Notes: generated by a model not told the origin, from the letters alone. A stretch of 64,000 nucleotides of DNA from an uncultured Acidobacteriota bacterium (GCA_963827655.1 CAWHCF010000046.1:96001-160000), one strand, 5' to 3'; shown: positions 40,468 to 51,038, counted from the first letter of the stretch. Made by a program: numbers and translations.

Positions 40468-42060
40468 ATGATGCGAACGGTGATACTGTGTGTCTCGGTC
40501 GGTATTCTGCAGCTGTTCCGCCCCGCCGGCATCGATTTCGCACATCGCAATTCACCTACAGGGCAGAAGTACCTGATCGAGACCATGGGAGGTGGGGTCG
40601 CCTGCTCGACTTCAACAATGACGGGCGTCTCGACGTTTTCCTGGTCAATAGCGGGAAGCTTGAAGATCGGCAGGCTTCCAGTCAATTTTCGCGGCGTGAG
40701 CCGGAATTCTGGAACCGGCTGTATCGCCAGAACACGGATGGGAGCTTTACTGATGTCACGGCGGCTGCGAGAGCTGGCAGACGCCGGGAACAATTATGGA
40801 ATGGGAGTGGCGGCTGGTGACTACGACAACAACGGGTTCGCAGACCTTTATGTAACCAACTACGGACGCAACATGTTGTATCGCAACAACGGCGACGAGA
40901 CATTCACTGATGTAACGGCTGAGGCGGGAGTTGCGGCTGGCGGCTGGTCGGCATCGGCCGGATTCTTCGACTACGACAATGATGGACAGCTGGACCTCTT
41001 TGTAACCCGTTATCTGGACTGGGAGATCGGCCGCAACATCTTGTGCGGAACCCCATTTCGTTCCTATTGCCATCCCGACAAATTCGATGGTGTTACCAGT
41101 GTGCTCTTTCACAACGAAGGCGGTGGGCGATTTCGGGATGTGAGCGTGCCATCGGGAATCGCTACGGTCAAAGGCAAGGCCCTCGGGGTTGCGTTCAACG
41201 ACTTTGACGGCGATGGCTTCCCGGATATCTTCGTTGCCAATGACAGCATGGAGCAGTTTCTGTTTCACAACAAAGGCGACGGAACTTTCAAAGAGCAGGC
41301 GCTTCAGACCGGCGTGGCGTTCTCCGACGATGGCAAGAGCTATGCGGGAATGGGCGTCGCGTTCGCCGACTACGACAATGACGGGCGTCCGGATCTCGTT
41401 GTGACCAATCTCGCACTTGAGAAATATGCCTTGTATCGTAACGAGGGCAAGGGTCAGTTTGTTTACACAAGCTTGACCACGGGCCTGGCGGCGCTGACGG
41501 CACGCAGCTCCGGATGGGGCGTGGGACTGCATGATTTTGACAACGACGGCTGGAAAGATCTGTTCGTGGCGCAGAGCCACGTACTGGATAACGTGGAGCA
41601 GATCCACTCGGGCCTGCGGTACCTGGAACCTCCGGTGTTGTTGCGCAATGTGGCCGGGAAGTTCGAGAAGACGGTTCCGGCGGACCTCCCCAGCGTCGCG
41701 GGACGCGGGACGGCTTTTGGAGACTTGAACAACGACGGGTACATCGATGCGATCGTGTCGGTGCTGGGCGGACGCCCTCTCGTTTTTCTCAACCGCGGGG
41801 GTCAGAACCATTGGCTGACCCTGAGACTCGTGCGCGCCCGACGCAACCGGGCTGGAACCGGCGCAATCGTGAAGGCCGGAAAGCAGTGGGCTTACGCCAC
41901 GGCTTCGGGTAGTTACCTCTCGGCAAGCGATGAACGCGTGCACTTCGGTTTGGGATCGGATAAACAGACCACGGTGGAGATCATCTGGCCGGGCGGGAAG
42001 AGACAAGTTCTGGAGAAGGTAGCCGCCAACCAGATAATAACGGTGAAGGAGGCGGAATGA
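40468..42060 (+). CDS. CRTAC1 / ASPIC-UnbV FG-GAP repeat protein (compensated frameshift ~40600-40770)
   Basis: KYLIETMGGGVA, repeated GDYDNDG.DL.V.N, GRGTAFGDLNNDG, SYLSASD.RVHFGLG. Confidence 0.9.
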   Translation: MMRTVILCVSVGILQLFRPAGIDFAHRNSPTGQKYLIETMGGGVACSTSTMTGVSTFSWSIAGSLKIGRLPVNFRGVSRNSGTGCIARTRMGALLMSRRLRELADAGNNYGMGVAAGDYDNNGFADLYVTNYGRNMLYRNNGDETFTDVTAEAGVAAGGWSASAGFFDYDNDGQLDLFVTRYLDWEIGRNILCGTPFRSYCHPDKFDGVTSVLFHNEGGGRFRDVSVPSGIATVKGKALGVAFNDFDGDGFPDIFVANDSMEQFLFHNKGDGTFKEQALQTGVAFSDDGKSYAGMGVAFADYDNDGRPDLVVTNLALEKYALYRNEGKGQFVYTSLTTGLAALTARSSGWGVGLHDFDNDGWKDLFVAQSHVLDNVEQIHSGLRYLEPPVLLRNVAGKFEKTVPADLPSVAGRGTAFGDLNNDGYIDAIVSVLGGRPLVFLNRGGQNHWLTLRLVRARRNRAGTGAIVKAGKQWAYATASGSYLSASDERVHFGLGSDKQTTVEIIWPGGKRQVLEKVAANQIITVKEAE

Positions 42061-43100
42061 TCGCGGCGGTGGCGCTGTTGCTGGCGCTGCAGGCGGCTCC
42101 CGAGCTGAAGAAGCATGTCGACGCCGGGCTGAAGGCCAAGCACGCCGGCGATCTTGATACGGCGATCCGCGAATTCGAGCGGGTTGTAGAACTCGCGCCG
42201 GAGCTGGCGGCCTCGCATGTCGACCTGGGCGCCGTCTACTTCGAGAAAAAGGATTATGCCAACGCTATCCCATCTCTGCGAAAGGCGCTGCAAATTAATC
42301 CGGACCTTCCGGGCGCGCATGCCATGCTGGGGACGGCGTTGCTGGCACAAGGTTACGCCTCGCAATCGATTCCGCACCTGGAGAAGGCCCAGGCGGACGG
42401 CTTGCTGGGGGTAGCGTTGCTCGAGTCCGGTCGAGCGCGGGAGGGGATCGACCGGCTGGAGACCGCGCTCCAGAAGAAGCCCGACGATCCCGATCTGCTC
42501 TACTATCTGAGTCACGCGTTGGGACGTCTCTCGAAGCAGCTGTTCGACCGGCTAGCGGAAAGCAGTCCGACTTCGGCACGAGCACGGCAAATGATGGCAG
42601 AGGCTCACGCCGCAGCGGGAAATCGGGATGCGGCGGAAAAGGAATTTCGTGCCGCGTTGGCCGCGCGGCCGGACTTGCGCGGGGCGCACTTTGCCCTGGG
42701 TGAAATGTATCTCGGCTCCGGAGACTACGAGCGCGCGGAGCAAGAGTTTCGCGAGGAGGCGCGGCTGGCGCCAGGGTCATCCGCCGCCGCCCATAAACTG
42801 GGTGCGGTGCTGTTGAATCGCGGCCGGATTCACGAAGCGCTGGCCGAACTCAAGCGCTCGGATGCACTGCAGCCGGGCATGCCGGAGACTTTGCTGGAAC
42901 TGGGAAAGGCGACCGCCGCGACAGGCGATCTTGCTTTGGCTGAGAAGCTGATGCGCCAGGTGCTCGATCTGGAGCAGGTGTCGCGCCTGGCGGAGTCCGC
43001 GCATTATCAACTCGCGGAGATCTACCGCAGATTGGGACGCCCCTCGGATGCGGATCGAGAGATGAAGCTATTTCAAGAGATGCGCAAGACTCGGAAGTAG
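42057..43100 (+). CDS. Tetratricopeptide repeat protein
   Basis: Signal peptide and repeated A...LG..Y...A...F..A...P helices. Confidence 0.88.
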   Translation: MIAAVALLLALQAAPELKKHVDAGLKAKHAGDLDTAIREFERVVELAPELAASHVDLGAVYFEKKDYANAIPSLRKALQINPDLPGAHAMLGTALLAQGYASQSIPHLEKAQADGLLGVALLESGRAREGIDRLETALQKKPDDPDLLYYLSHALGRLSKQLFDRLAESSPTSARARQMMAEAHAAAGNRDAAEKEFRAALAARPDLRGAHFALGEMYLGSGDYERAEQEFREEARLAPGSSAAAHKLGAVLLNRGRIHEALAELKRSDALQPGMPETLLELGKATAATGDLALAEKLMRQVLDLEQVSRLAESAHYQLAEIYRRLGRPSDADREMKLFQEMRKTRK

Positions 43101-43355
43101 CAATCCCACCTAGGCTCAGTCCGAACCCTCGCCTTTGGAACAACGCTTTGCCTTTGGCGCCGTGCCAGGGTACTGTATCCGCGTGGACGCCACGGGCTTC
43201 TGCGGCCGCAGCTTCAGCCTTTGAATGCTACCGAGCGGCTCGCCAGGCTCATTGGAGGGCCGGGTATCCCGAGCAGCCAGAACATCATCTTCGTTGCTCG
43301 CTGGCCGAGAACGAGGGTGGGAAGGCCCTATAAGCGCCGACATACATGTCCCCAG

Positions 43356-43637
43356 CCGTGAGAAACTGTGTAAAAATTGGGTCTGTGGCGCGGGTCAATG
43401 AGACGCGACGCGGTTTGCGGAGGGCTATCAAGCTCGTCCGGCCCCGAGGGGCATATGAACTTTAGGTTAAGGCATAGCGTTACGTAACTGCGACGGGCCA
43501 TGCCCTCCAAGGGTGCTGGAAGTTGTCAGCCCGGCTGCGTGAATTGCAACAGTCTCTAATGACCCGCGCCACAAAAAGCTAAAGGGATGCCGGTCAATCG
43601 AGAGCCGTTCGCTGAATTTATTCACAGCTTCTCACGG
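43356..43637. mobile_element. Non-coding element with terminal and nested inverted repeats (MITE/IS remnant)
   Basis: Outer IR ccgtgagaaactgtgtaaaaatt / aatttattcacagcttctcacgg (20/23); perfect inner 14-bp IR at 43384-43397 and 43560-43573. Confidence 0.65.
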
Positions 43638-43748
43638 GCGGGCTATTTCCCCTGCCGGGCCTTCGGCCCTGGTTAACGGGGCGCGAGAAGAACTTCGAGA
43701 AGCATACCGCTACTGTCTGAATCGCAGATTGTCCTCAGGAGGCTTGCG

Positions 43749-45161
43749 ATGGAGAACACAAGAACCCGCGGATTTGTCGACAAGGTCTGGGACGGTTCGA
43801 TCTTACCGACCCTCATTGATTACATTCGAATTCCGAACAAGTCGCCGCTCTTCGATCCGGAGTGGCAGGCCCACGGACACATGGATCGAGCGCTGGAACG
43901 GATTGTGGCCTGGGTTCGGTCGCAGCCGGTTCCGGGAATGAAGATGGAAGTTGTGCGCCTCCCGGGGCGCACGCCCTTGCTGTTCATCGATACTCCGGGA
44001 GATTCGAAGGATTGCGTGCTTCTGTACGGGCACTTCGACAAGCAGCCGGAAATGACGGGGTGGCGCGAGGGTCTCGGACCCTGGACTCCTGTGGTCGAGG
44101 GGGAAAAGCTCTATGGCCGCGGCGGAGCAGACGACGGCTATGCGGTCTTCGCCTCGCTCACGGCGCTGGCCGCGCTGAGGGAGCAGGGCGTGCCCCATGC
44201 GCGCACAGTCACTCTCATTGAAGGCTGCGAGGAAAGCGGCAGCTTCGACCTTCCTCACTACCTCGAGGCGCTGTCGGACCGCATCGGGACGCCAAGCCTC
44301 GTTGTCTGCCTGGATTCGGGCTGCGGGAACTACGACCAGCTCTGGGGAACAACGTCGCTGCGCGGGCTGGTGTCCGGAAGCCTCTACGTGGAACTGCTGC
44401 GCGAGGGCGTTCATTCGGGCGATGGTTCGGGGGTGATTGCTTCAAGCTTTCGGGTCGTCCGGCGACTGCTCAGCCGCCTCGAGGACGAGAGAACGGGCGA
44501 GATTCTGCCTCCCGAATTCCACGTCGAGATCCCCCGGCAGCGGCTCGAACAGGCCGACAAGCTCGCAGCCATCCTGCGTGAGGAAATCTATAGCAAGTTC
44601 CCGCTGCAACCGAACGTCGAGCCGGTGACGCGCGATGTCAAACAGCTCGTTCTGAACCGCACCTGGCGCCCGGCTCTGGCGATCACCGGCGCCGCCGGAC
44701 TTCCTCCGCTCGAGAGCGCGGGGAACGTCCTGCGCCCGATGACCGCCGTGAAGGTGTCGCTCCGGATCCCGCCGACGTGCGACGCCAGGCGAGCCCTGGC
44801 CCGGCTGAAGGAGTTGCTCGAAAGCGATCCGCCCTATGGCGCTCGAGTGCGCTTTGACCCCGACCACGAGGCAGCGGGCTGGAACGCGCCGGAAGTGAAA
44901 CCCTGGCTCGAGGAGTCGATCGACCGCGCGTCGCAGGCCTTTTTCCAGCGCGAAGCCGCATACTCCGGCGAAGGGGGAACGATTCCCTTCATGGCCATGC
45001 TGGGAGAAAAGTTCCCCGAGGCGCAGTTCTTGATTACCGGCGTCCTGGGTCCGCACTCCAACGCGCACGGGCCGAATGAGTTCCTCCACGTGCCCACCGC
45101 CCGGAAACTGACCTGCGCCGTGGCCCACATCGTCGCCGACCATCACCGGCGATCGCAGTAG
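43749..45161 (+). CDS. M20 family metallopeptidase/dipeptidase
   Basis: YGHFDKQP, LYGRGGADDG, EGCEESGS, HSG, GGTIP, NAHGPNE. Confidence 0.93.
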   Translation: MENTRTRGFVDKVWDGSILPTLIDYIRIPNKSPLFDPEWQAHGHMDRALERIVAWVRSQPVPGMKMEVVRLPGRTPLLFIDTPGDSKDCVLLYGHFDKQPEMTGWREGLGPWTPVVEGEKLYGRGGADDGYAVFASLTALAALREQGVPHARTVTLIEGCEESGSFDLPHYLEALSDRIGTPSLVVCLDSGCGNYDQLWGTTSLRGLVSGSLYVELLREGVHSGDGSGVIASSFRVVRRLLSRLEDERTGEILPPEFHVEIPRQRLEQADKLAAILREEIYSKFPLQPNVEPVTRDVKQLVLNRTWRPALAITGAAGLPPLESAGNVLRPMTAVKVSLRIPPTCDARRALARLKELLESDPPYGARVRFDPDHEAAGWNAPEVKPWLEESIDRASQAFFQREAAYSGEGGTIPFMAMLGEKFPEAQFLITGVLGPHSNAHGPNEFLHVPTARKLTCAVAHIVADHHRRSQ

Positions 45162-45203
45162 GGTCGTTTAGCTTTCCTTGCGTCCTGGCTGTGCGTAAGA
45201 GGT

Positions 45204-47270
45204 ATGCCGATGGCTTCACGTCTGACCTGGCTGGCAGGGGTCTTCATCCTGCTTTGTTCGGCTTTTTCGAATACCAAATCTGATTTTGACACGGCGACAG
45301 CGGACGAATATGGGGTCAATGGCGCGAAACTTGACGAGTTGCGTCAGGATCTGGCCGCGCGTGGAACCAAGGCTTTCCTGGTGCTCCGCCACGACCGGAT
45401 CATCTATGAATGGTACGGCTCCGGCGTTGAGCCCACGCAACTCCACGGCACGGCGTCGCTGGCGAAAGCCCTTGTCGGCGGCATGTCGCTCCTGGTTGCT
45501 CTGAACGACGGCCGTATCGGCGTGGACGATCCGGCCTGGAAATATATCCCGCATTGGAAGGATGATCCGCTCAAGTCGAAGATTACCATCCGCCACCTGG
45601 CAACCCATTCGTCGGGCCTGGAAGACGCCGAACAGGACGGCAAGCCGCATGCGGAACTCGAGGGCTGGAAGGGAGCGTTCTGGCGGAGAGATCCGGATCC
45701 TTTCTCGATTGCGATTCGCCAGGCGCCCGTCTTGTTCGAGCCGGGAACGCGATATGCCTACAGTAACCCGGGCATGGCGGCGCTAGCCTATGCTGTGACT
45801 GCGAGTCTAAAAGGGGGACCTCATCCGGATATTCAGGCGCTGCTGCGCGAGCGCATCATGGTTCCACTCGGACTCGCGGATAGCGAGTGGTCCATCGGCT
45901 ACCGGCATGGCTATGAAGTGAATGGATTGAAGCTGTACGCAAACTGGGGTGGCGGATCTTTCACTCCGCGCGCCGTCGCGCGCGTGGCACAGCTGATGCT
46001 CCACCGCGGTCGATTCGGCGATCGGGAACTCGTTGGTCGCGCCTGGACGGAGCTGATCGTGAAGAACGCAGGCACACCGCTGCCGGATCGAAGCGGCGGC
46101 GAACCAGCGCCAGCATCGGGTCTTGCCTGGTACACAAATTTTGACGGAATCTGGCCCTCGGTGCCACGCGACGCCTACGCCGGAGCAGGAGCGCGTCACC
46201 AGTTGCTGCTGGTTGTGCCCAGTCTGGGTCTGATCGTAGTCCGAAACGGAGAATCGCTGTCGTCTCCGGGCGAGGGTTTCTGGGCCGGCCCGGTCAAGCG
46301 GCTTTTCGACCCGCTGATGGGCGCCATTCAGACGGATGCGTCACCCTACCCAAGGAGCAAAGCAATCACCCGCGTTGAGTTCGCCCCGGCTTCATCTATT
46401 GTGCGCGAGGCCATCGGCAGCGATAACTGGCCGATAACGTGGGGCGATGACGATCGCCAGTACACGGCCTATGGCGATGGATGGGGGTTCGAACCACGGA
46501 TTGACCGCAAGCTTAGCCTGGGCTTTGCCACTATCGGCGGGCCTCCCGCGAAACCTGACGCGAAGAACCTTCGCTCGCCCGGTGGTGAACGGCTGGGTGA
46601 TGGCAAGATGGGACCGAAGGCCAGCGGAATCCTGATGGTAGATGGCGTGCTCTACATGTGGGTGAGAAACGTCGGGAACGCGCAGCTGCTATGGTCGGAA
46701 GACCACGGCCGCACGTGGCATTGGGACTTCAAATTCGAAACCAGTTTTGGTTCGCCCGCGTTTCTCAATTTCGGCAAGAACTATGATGGAGCGCGTGACG
46801 ATTACGTCTACGTCTATTCACAGGACGGACCGAGCGCCTACGAGTCAGACGACCACGTCGTTATGGCTCGGGTTCCTAAGAAGAAAGTTCGCGATCGCAG
46901 CGCCTACGAGTTCTTCGTGAAGCTGGATTCTTCCCATCAGCCGGTCTGGGCCCGCAGCATCGAGCGGCGCGGAGTCGTTTTCAGCTATCCGCGCCACGTC
47001 CAGCGTGTCGACGCGGTGTACAACCCCGGGATCAAACGTTACCTGCTGGCGGCAGGTTTCAACCATCGCGGCGGCTGGGGAATCTTCGACGCGCCGGAGC
47101 CCTGGGGTCCTTGGACCACCGCCTTTCATACCGAATCCTGGGACATCGGTGGAACCCACGGGTATCGTTTGCCCAGCAAGTGGATCAGTTCCGATGGCAG
47201 GACGATGCATCTGATTTTCTCTGGTGTTAAGGAGTACGACGCCTTTTGCGTACGGAAAATGTCTTTCTAG
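45204..47270 (+). CDS. Serine hydrolase (beta-lactamase-like) fused to a DUF4185-like domain
   Basis: Signal peptide, ASLAK, LATHSSG, YAYSN; C-domain GSDNWPITWGDDD..YTAYGDG, APEPWGPW, LPSKWIS. Confidence 0.78.
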   Translation: MPMASRLTWLAGVFILLCSAFSNTKSDFDTATADEYGVNGAKLDELRQDLAARGTKAFLVLRHDRIIYEWYGSGVEPTQLHGTASLAKALVGGMSLLVALNDGRIGVDDPAWKYIPHWKDDPLKSKITIRHLATHSSGLEDAEQDGKPHAELEGWKGAFWRRDPDPFSIAIRQAPVLFEPGTRYAYSNPGMAALAYAVTASLKGGPHPDIQALLRERIMVPLGLADSEWSIGYRHGYEVNGLKLYANWGGGSFTPRAVARVAQLMLHRGRFGDRELVGRAWTELIVKNAGTPLPDRSGGEPAPASGLAWYTNFDGIWPSVPRDAYAGAGARHQLLLVVPSLGLIVVRNGESLSSPGEGFWAGPVKRLFDPLMGAIQTDASPYPRSKAITRVEFAPASSIVREAIGSDNWPITWGDDDRQYTAYGDGWGFEPRIDRKLSLGFATIGGPPAKPDAKNLRSPGGERLGDGKMGPKASGILMVDGVLYMWVRNVGNAQLLWSEDHGRTWHWDFKFETSFGSPAFLNFGKNYDGARDDYVYVYSQDGPSAYESDDHVVMARVPKKKVRDRSAYEFFVKLDSSHQPVWARSIERRGVVFSYPRHVQRVDAVYNPGIKRYLLAAGFNHRGGWGIFDAPEPWGPWTTAFHTESWDIGGTHGYRLPSKWISSDGRTMHLIFSGVKEYDAFCVRKMSF

Positions 47271-47794
47271 GATTTAGGATTTTTCTTCGTGTCTTGGTGT
47301 CCTGTTGTGTGGCAAAAGGGTAGCATGGATCTCGTTATAGTTGATTTATAGCGAGACTTCTAGGGAGAGCAAGCAAACAGAAATTGTATGTGTTAAGGCT
47401 AAGGAGGCAATGGCAACGGATCTTGCAGGGAGCTGGATTGCGTCAAAAATCGAGGATATAGGTTATGATCTGAAGGGATATATCAGCGTGATTGGTAAAA
47501 ACTGGAACTAGTTTAGCTAATCAGATGCAAAGATCAGCAGTGTCTATTCCGTCGAATATCGCGGAAGGTTATGGTCTGAAACAGACGAAAGCGTACTTGA
47601 GACACCTGGCATTAGCGAGTGGGTCTCTCAGTGAACTCGAAACTCAACTCGAAATATCGGATCGTCTGAGCTATCTTCGGGTCGGAGGGAAGGACGTGAT
47701 CATGCAAGCTAACGAGGTGGGGAAAATGTTATCGGGATTGCGGCGGAGTTTGCGCAAGAACGCCTAAATCCTGAATCCTAAATCCTAAATCCTA
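47268..47794. repeat. Inverted heptamer arrays (TAGGATT)n ... (TAAATCC)n enclosing a four-helix-bundle gene
   Basis: taggatttaggattt at 47268-47282; taaatcctgaatcctaaatcctaaatccta at 47765-47794. Confidence 0.8.
47308..47767 (+). pseudogene. Four helix bundle protein (23S rRNA IVP / bAvd-like); N-terminus degraded
   Basis: QMQRSAVSIPSNIAEG...L.LASGSLSELETQLEI..RL.Y...EVGKML.GL; broken VWQK.SMDLV remnant at ~47308-47340; low GC. Confidence 0.8.
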
Positions 47795-47847
47795 GTGGTA
47801 TTTGTTTTTCAGCGCTAACCACGAGGACTCGAAGACGCAATTGAACC

Positions 47848-48870
47848 ATGCGAATGGAGAACGAAGAACAACTTGAGGAATTGCTGGCGCGGCCGAGCGA
47901 CGCCGATCAGGATCTGATGCGGCGGCTGAGCGGAGACGTGATCGTGGTCGGCGCCGGAGGAAAGATGGGACCCTCCCTGGTTCGACGGGTCCGCCGCGCC
48001 GCCGATGCTGCGCCGGTCAAGCGCCGCGTCCTTGCGGTGTCTCGTTTTTCATCGCCGGCGGCCCGCAAAGACTTGGAGCGCGAGGGGATCGAGACTATTG
48101 CTTGCGACCTGCTGGATGCGCAGCAGGTGGCGAAGCTGCCCGAGTGCGAAAACGTTTTCTTTCTTGCCGGAAGAAAATTTGGTTCGTCGGATCGCTCCGA
48201 CTTGACCTGGGCGACCAACGTCCTCGCGGTGACTCACGTTGCCGGCAGGTTTCGCTCTTCGCGCATCGTGGTTTTTTCAACAGGAAATGTCTATCCTCTG
48301 GTTCCGCTGGACTCGGGGGGCTCGCTCGAGAGCGATGCGCCCGACCCGCACGGGGAGTATGCCCAATCGGCGCTGGGGCGTGAACGCCTCGCCGAATATT
48401 TCTCGCGCGAGTTTGGAACGCGCTGTCTGTTGTTCCGTCTGAACTATGCGGTGGATCTCCGCTACGGCGTGCTGGTCGACATTGGCCGCCAGGTCTATGA
48501 GAAGCGGCCGGTCGACCTGACCATCCCCCGGCTCAACGCCATCTGGCAGGGTGATGCAAACTCATATGCTTTGCGCAGCCTCGAACTATGCGCGTCTCCT
48601 CCGGAAATCCTTAACGTGACTGGACCCGAATGTATCTCGGTTCGGGAGGCGGCTGAGTTCTTTGCTCAGAGGTTTGCGCTTGCAGTCTCGTTTCGCGGTA
48701 CGGAATCTCCGGTCGCCTTGCTTAGCAACGCCTCGCGGTGTCATAGACTCCTGGGACCGCCGCAGATCCAGCTCGAGCAACTTCTTGAAATGGTGGCTCA
48801 CTGGATCGAGATCGGCGGCGCCAGCCTGAACAAACCGACAAAATTCGAAGTTACCGATGGAAAATATTGA
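47848..48870 (+). CDS. NAD-dependent epimerase/dehydratase
   Basis: VVGAGGKMG, AGRKFGS, FSTGNVY, EYAQSALGRE, RLNYA. Confidence 0.88.
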   Translation: MRMENEEQLEELLARPSDADQDLMRRLSGDVIVVGAGGKMGPSLVRRVRRAADAAPVKRRVLAVSRFSSPAARKDLEREGIETIACDLLDAQQVAKLPECENVFFLAGRKFGSSDRSDLTWATNVLAVTHVAGRFRSSRIVVFSTGNVYPLVPLDSGGSLESDAPDPHGEYAQSALGRERLAEYFSREFGTRCLLFRLNYAVDLRYGVLVDIGRQVYEKRPVDLTIPRLNAIWQGDANSYALRSLELCASPPEILNVTGPECISVREAAEFFAQRFALAVSFRGTESPVALLSNASRCHRLLGPPQIQLEQLLEMVAHWIEIGGASLNKPTKFEVTDGKY

Positions 48871-49918
48871 GCTGCGCGAGATCCTGCGCAAGGGGATCGT
48901 GATTCCGGCGCATCCGCTGGCGCTCACCGCCGAACGCCGGCTCGACGAGCGCCGGCAGGTGGCGCTGACCCGCTACTATTGCGAGGCCGGGGCCGGCGGT
49001 CTGGCCGTCGGAGTTCACACGACGCAATTCGCCATTCGCGACCCGAAGGTAGGATTGTTAAAACGGGTGTTGCGGCTGGCAATCGAGACTGCTTGCGAGT
49101 ACGAGAACCGCCGGAACGTCCGCCTGGCCAAAGTGGCCGGGATCTGTGGCGCTACGCCGCAGGCCATTGCCGAGGCCGAGCTTGCAGTCGAGCTTGGCTA
49201 CGATGCGGGACTGCTCAGCCTGGGAGCGTTGCGCGAAGCTACGGTCCCGGAACTGATCCGGCATTGCCGGGAAGTAGCCAGGCTGATACCGCTGTTCGGA
49301 TTCTACTTGCAGCCGGCTGCGGGCGGGCGCGTGCTTGAACATTGCTTCTGGCGCGAGTTCCTGGAAATCGAGAACGTCGCGGCCATCAAAGTCGCACCCT
49401 TCAACCGCTACCAGACGCTGGACGTAGTACGCGCCCTTGCCGAGAGCGGGCGCCAGCGGGAGGTGTCCCTCTATACGGGAAACGATGACAACATCGTGAC
49501 GGACCTGTTGGCCGACTATCGCGTCTCCGGAACCAGCGGCGATGAATCGATTGGTTTTTCGGGCGGACTTCTAGGGCATTGGGCGGTGTGGACTCGCCGC
49601 GCCGTCGAGTTGCTCGAACTCATCCAGGAGTGCCGGCGCAACGGCGGGCAGAATGCGCTGGATCTGCTGGGCCAAGCGGCTGAAGTCACCGACGCCAACG
49701 CCGCGTTCTTCGACCCGTCGCACCAGTTCGCGGGATGCATTGCCGGAATCCACGAAGTGCTGCGGCGCCAGGGCCTGCTGGCCGGACGCTGGTGTCTGGA
49801 TCCGAACGAAGATCTTTCCCCAGGCCAGATGGACGAGATCGATCGCGTCTATTCAAGCTATCCGCACCTGAACGACGACGCGTTTGTCGCGGAAAACCTG
49901 CAGCGATGGTTGAGTTGA
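48857..49918 (+). CDS. Dihydrodipicolinate synthase (class I aldolase) family protein
   Basis: [41 protein letters not shown]. Confidence 0.88.
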   Translation: MENIELREILRKGIVIPAHPLALTAERRLDERRQVALTRYYCEAGAGGLAVGVHTTQFAIRDPKVGLLKRVLRLAIETACEYENRRNVRLAKVAGICGATPQAIAEAELAVELGYDAGLLSLGALREATVPELIRHCREVARLIPLFGFYLQPAAGGRVLEHCFWREFLEIENVAAIKVAPFNRYQTLDVVRALAESGRQREVSLYTGNDDNIVTDLLADYRVSGTSGDESIGFSGGLLGHWAVWTRRAVELLELIQECRRNGGQNALDLLGQAAEVTDANAAFFDPSHQFAGCIAGIHEVLRRQGLLAGRWCLDPNEDLSPGQMDEIDRVYSSYPHLNDDAFVAENLQRWLS

Positions 49919-49976
49919 CCAGGCGAAGCCTTCCGCTCGCGCTGGCAAGAGGTGCTCGATCGTCTGTTTGAGGCGT

Positions 49977-50064
49977 AAATTCGGTGGCAGGCTTCAATTG
50001 CGTGACAAAACCCGATCTTTGGGCCTCTCTTAACCACGCAATTTGGTGCCTGTCACCGAATTTC
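49977..50064. repeat. REP-like GGTGACAGGCACC family, inverted pair (further copies at 58844-58867 and 61564-61587)
   Basis: aaattcggtggcaggcttcaatt; aatttggtgcctgtcaccgaattt; aaattggtgacagtcactgattt; aaattggtgcctgtcaccaatt. Confidence 0.7.
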
Positions 50065-50079
50065 GAAAGGCAAGCGATC

Positions 50080-51038
50080 CTAGCCGAAGGCCTCGCGCAG
50101 CGTTGCCAGGCTTTTGGGACCGCGGTTTCTGCCGGCTCCTTCCCCTCCATTTCCAGCGATACATAACCGCGGAAGCCGGCCTTCCGGAGTATCCCGGCTA
50201 TGCGTTTGTAGTCGAGGTCGAGAGTGTACCAGACTCCACCCCCATGGTAGGTCTTGGCTTGCACGATGGTGGCGTGCGGGGCCAGTTTTTCGATCTGGGA
50301 ATAGACATCCCCGTAATTTTTGGCGAAGTTGCCGGTGTCCATGTTGATCCTGAGCCAGGGAGAGTTAACCGCCTGAAATATCCGCAGGAGATCTTCCGGC
50401 CGGGTCGACAGGCCCCAATGATTCTCGAGCGCCATGACGACGCCCGCTTCCTCGGCCGCAGGAATGCATTTTTCGATCGAGTCGATGCACCACTTGAAGG
50501 CGTCTTCGTTGGTATGCCCTGGCAACGGAGGCTCGGTACCCCCGGCCGCCATCAGCTCATCAAAGGACTTGATCGTATTCCAACGCCCCGTGTTGAGCCG
50601 AATACAGGGAATACCGAACTGTGAGGCCAGATTGATGCAGTGTTTCGTGTGATCGATGTCCTTCTGCCGCTCCGCAGCTTCCGGGGATACGAAATCCTGG
50701 TGGATGGAGAGCATGATCAGGTCCAGCCCGTTCGCGAATGCCAGCCGTTTGAGTTTGTGGATGTAAGATTTCGATTCGTCGGCCATTTGCCGATGCAGGA
50801 TCTCGACGCCATCGAACCCGAGGCGCGCGGCCTCTTCTATAACCTTCTCAACAGGAAACTTTTCTTTCGTGAAGTGCCAGTAGGAATACGTTGAAACGCC
50901 AATAGGGATCCTTGGCGACGACGGAGGTGGCGATGGAGTGGCGGCCTTTGCGTCATGGAGCCCGTCTCGGGCGCAGACAGTGGTGACCAACGCGGCGGCA
51001 GGAGAGGATTTCAGAAATTGACGTCGGGATTGAAACAT
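50080..51038 (-). CDS. Tat-exported sugar phosphate isomerase/epimerase (xylose isomerase-like TIM barrel)
   Basis: SRRQFLK Tat motif, GFDGVE, ALENH, MDTGNF, GYVSLE.EG. A 1-nt indel in an A run near 50112 hides the terminus [10 protein letters not shown]. Confidence 0.88.

Noticed and set aside
49686-50079. C-terminal extension of the TIM-barrel isomerase in the ORF track
   Set aside because: Caused by a 1-nt indel near 50112; the extension overlaps the convergent gene and repeats.
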